The translations under genes and the position numbers were made by a program. A stretch of 64,000 bases of DNA, from NCBI GenBank assembly GCA_963785235.1, contig CAWAUM010000013.1, forward strand, positions 64,001 to 128,000, given 5' to 3'. This DNA is from an uncultured delta proteobacterium. GTDB taxonomy: Bacteria > Desulfobacterota > Desulfomonilia > UBA1062. The notes beneath the pieces were generated by a model, which was not told where the DNA came from, made no database searches, and saw only the letters and a list, made by a program, of their open reading frames with translations. This document shows positions 63,101-64,000 of the stretch, piece after piece. Every line of letters begins with the position of its first letter. Positions within the stretch are counted from its first letter, which is position 1.

Positions 63101-63154
63101 TGTAGGAGCGCCAACAGGTGCGATTGCTTCATCGCGGCTGAAGCCGCTCCTACA
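63101..63154. repeat. GTAG-family REP doublet (REPIN-like)
   Basis: Minus strand reads TGTAGGAGCGGCTTCAGCCGCGA...TCGCACCTGTTGGCGCTCCTACA. Confidence 0.85.
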
Positions 63155-63176
63155 TGTCATCATATCTTCATGACAA

Positions 63177-64000
63177 TCACGCCCAGCAGATCAATCCCAT
63201 ATCCACCGGGTAGATGAGGTTCGGGTGAGACGGCAGTATCCTCACGGAATACCCGAATCGTCCGGTGTTATCGCAGGTGATGCGGGACTCAAAGACATGG
63301 AGACCCTTGCCAAGTCTCCTTGATGTGGTCCATCATCACGTCCTTTGCCTCATAGAGGTTTCCTGCATCATCGATGTTCCCGTAATACACCCGCACACTG
63401 ACGTCCGATGGGCTTATGGTTCCAAGCTTTACCTCGGCCCGGATAGTGATGTCGCTGTGCACCGCCACCTCATCGCCCCCTTCATGGCTGATATCCTGCA
63501 CCGCCACATCACCCCACCTGGAAGCAAGCGAATCCTTCCACTTGACCACCTGGCGCACGGTCTTGTAGTTGTCGGACATCAGTGTCTTCACATTCAGGGC
63601 TGCGGCCATGTAGCACCTGTCCGTGTATTCCTCCACCATGCGGTTGGAGTTGAACACCGGGCACAGGGTACGCATGGATTTCTTCATCATGGCTATCCAT
63701 CCCCTGGGCAGCCCGTCGAGTCCTCGTTCATAGAACAGGGGGATGACCTCGCGCTCCATCAGGTCGTAGATGGCCTTGCTTTCCACCTGATCCTGGTAGT
63801 CGTAGTTGTCATAGACCTCGCCGTCTCCAATGGACCACCCGAGATCAGGGTGATACCCCTCCACCCACCAGCCATCCTGAACGCTCATGTTGATGGCACC
63901 GTTTGCCGTTGCCTTCATGCCTGATGTGCCGCATGCCTCTAAAGGACGTCTGGGGCTGTTGAGCCACACATCCACACCCTCAACAAGGTAGCGTGCGATG
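63177..64000 (-). CDS. glgP: Alpha-glucan (glycogen/maltodextrin) phosphorylase, 3' part, frameshift at ~63315
   Basis: DVWLN.P.RPLEACGTSGMKA, DGWW.EG and FNSNRMV.EY; the shifted tail reads GRFGYSVRILPSHP...LICWA*. Confidence 0.92.

Overview
Chromosomal window from a probable anaerobic deltaproteobacterium (Desulfobacterota-like). This is inferred from the porCDAB and korAB 2-oxoacid:ferredoxin oxidoreductases, the rpsU-yqeY-mutS2-dnaG-rpoD order, several sigma54 promoters, multi-PAS kinases and a PEP-CTERM protein. Single-base frameshifts break many genes, including essential dnaG, so most splits are probably sequencing errors. The first ~7.8 kb is an AT-richer accessory patch: a 6-PAS kinase, dinJ-yafQ, an unannotated tyrosine-recombinase remnant, 76-bp direct repeats and two lipoproteins. 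Further along are PBP1b, a GGDEF-PilZ pair, an RND cluster, AspT, a K+ channel, an HD-GYP protein, two porin-like genes, alkB, Lon, ldh, tRNA-Leu(TAG), pyk and glgP, plus two GTAG-type REP doublets. The best candidate for an undescribed system is the minus-strand locus at 39.5-47.8 kb. It holds a small protein, an RpoH-derived sigma factor lacking domain 3, a hybrid kinase, a sigma54 activator, a stand-alone copy of that activator's DNA-binding HTH (apparently leaderless from its own sigma54 promoter) and a mini PEP-CTERM protein. The same tandem TCYW-N7-AGGA enhancer-like motif lies ~90 bp upstream of two of its promoters. A second candidate is a small secreted protein with three RRDxRDLxYL repeats at 58.9 kb.
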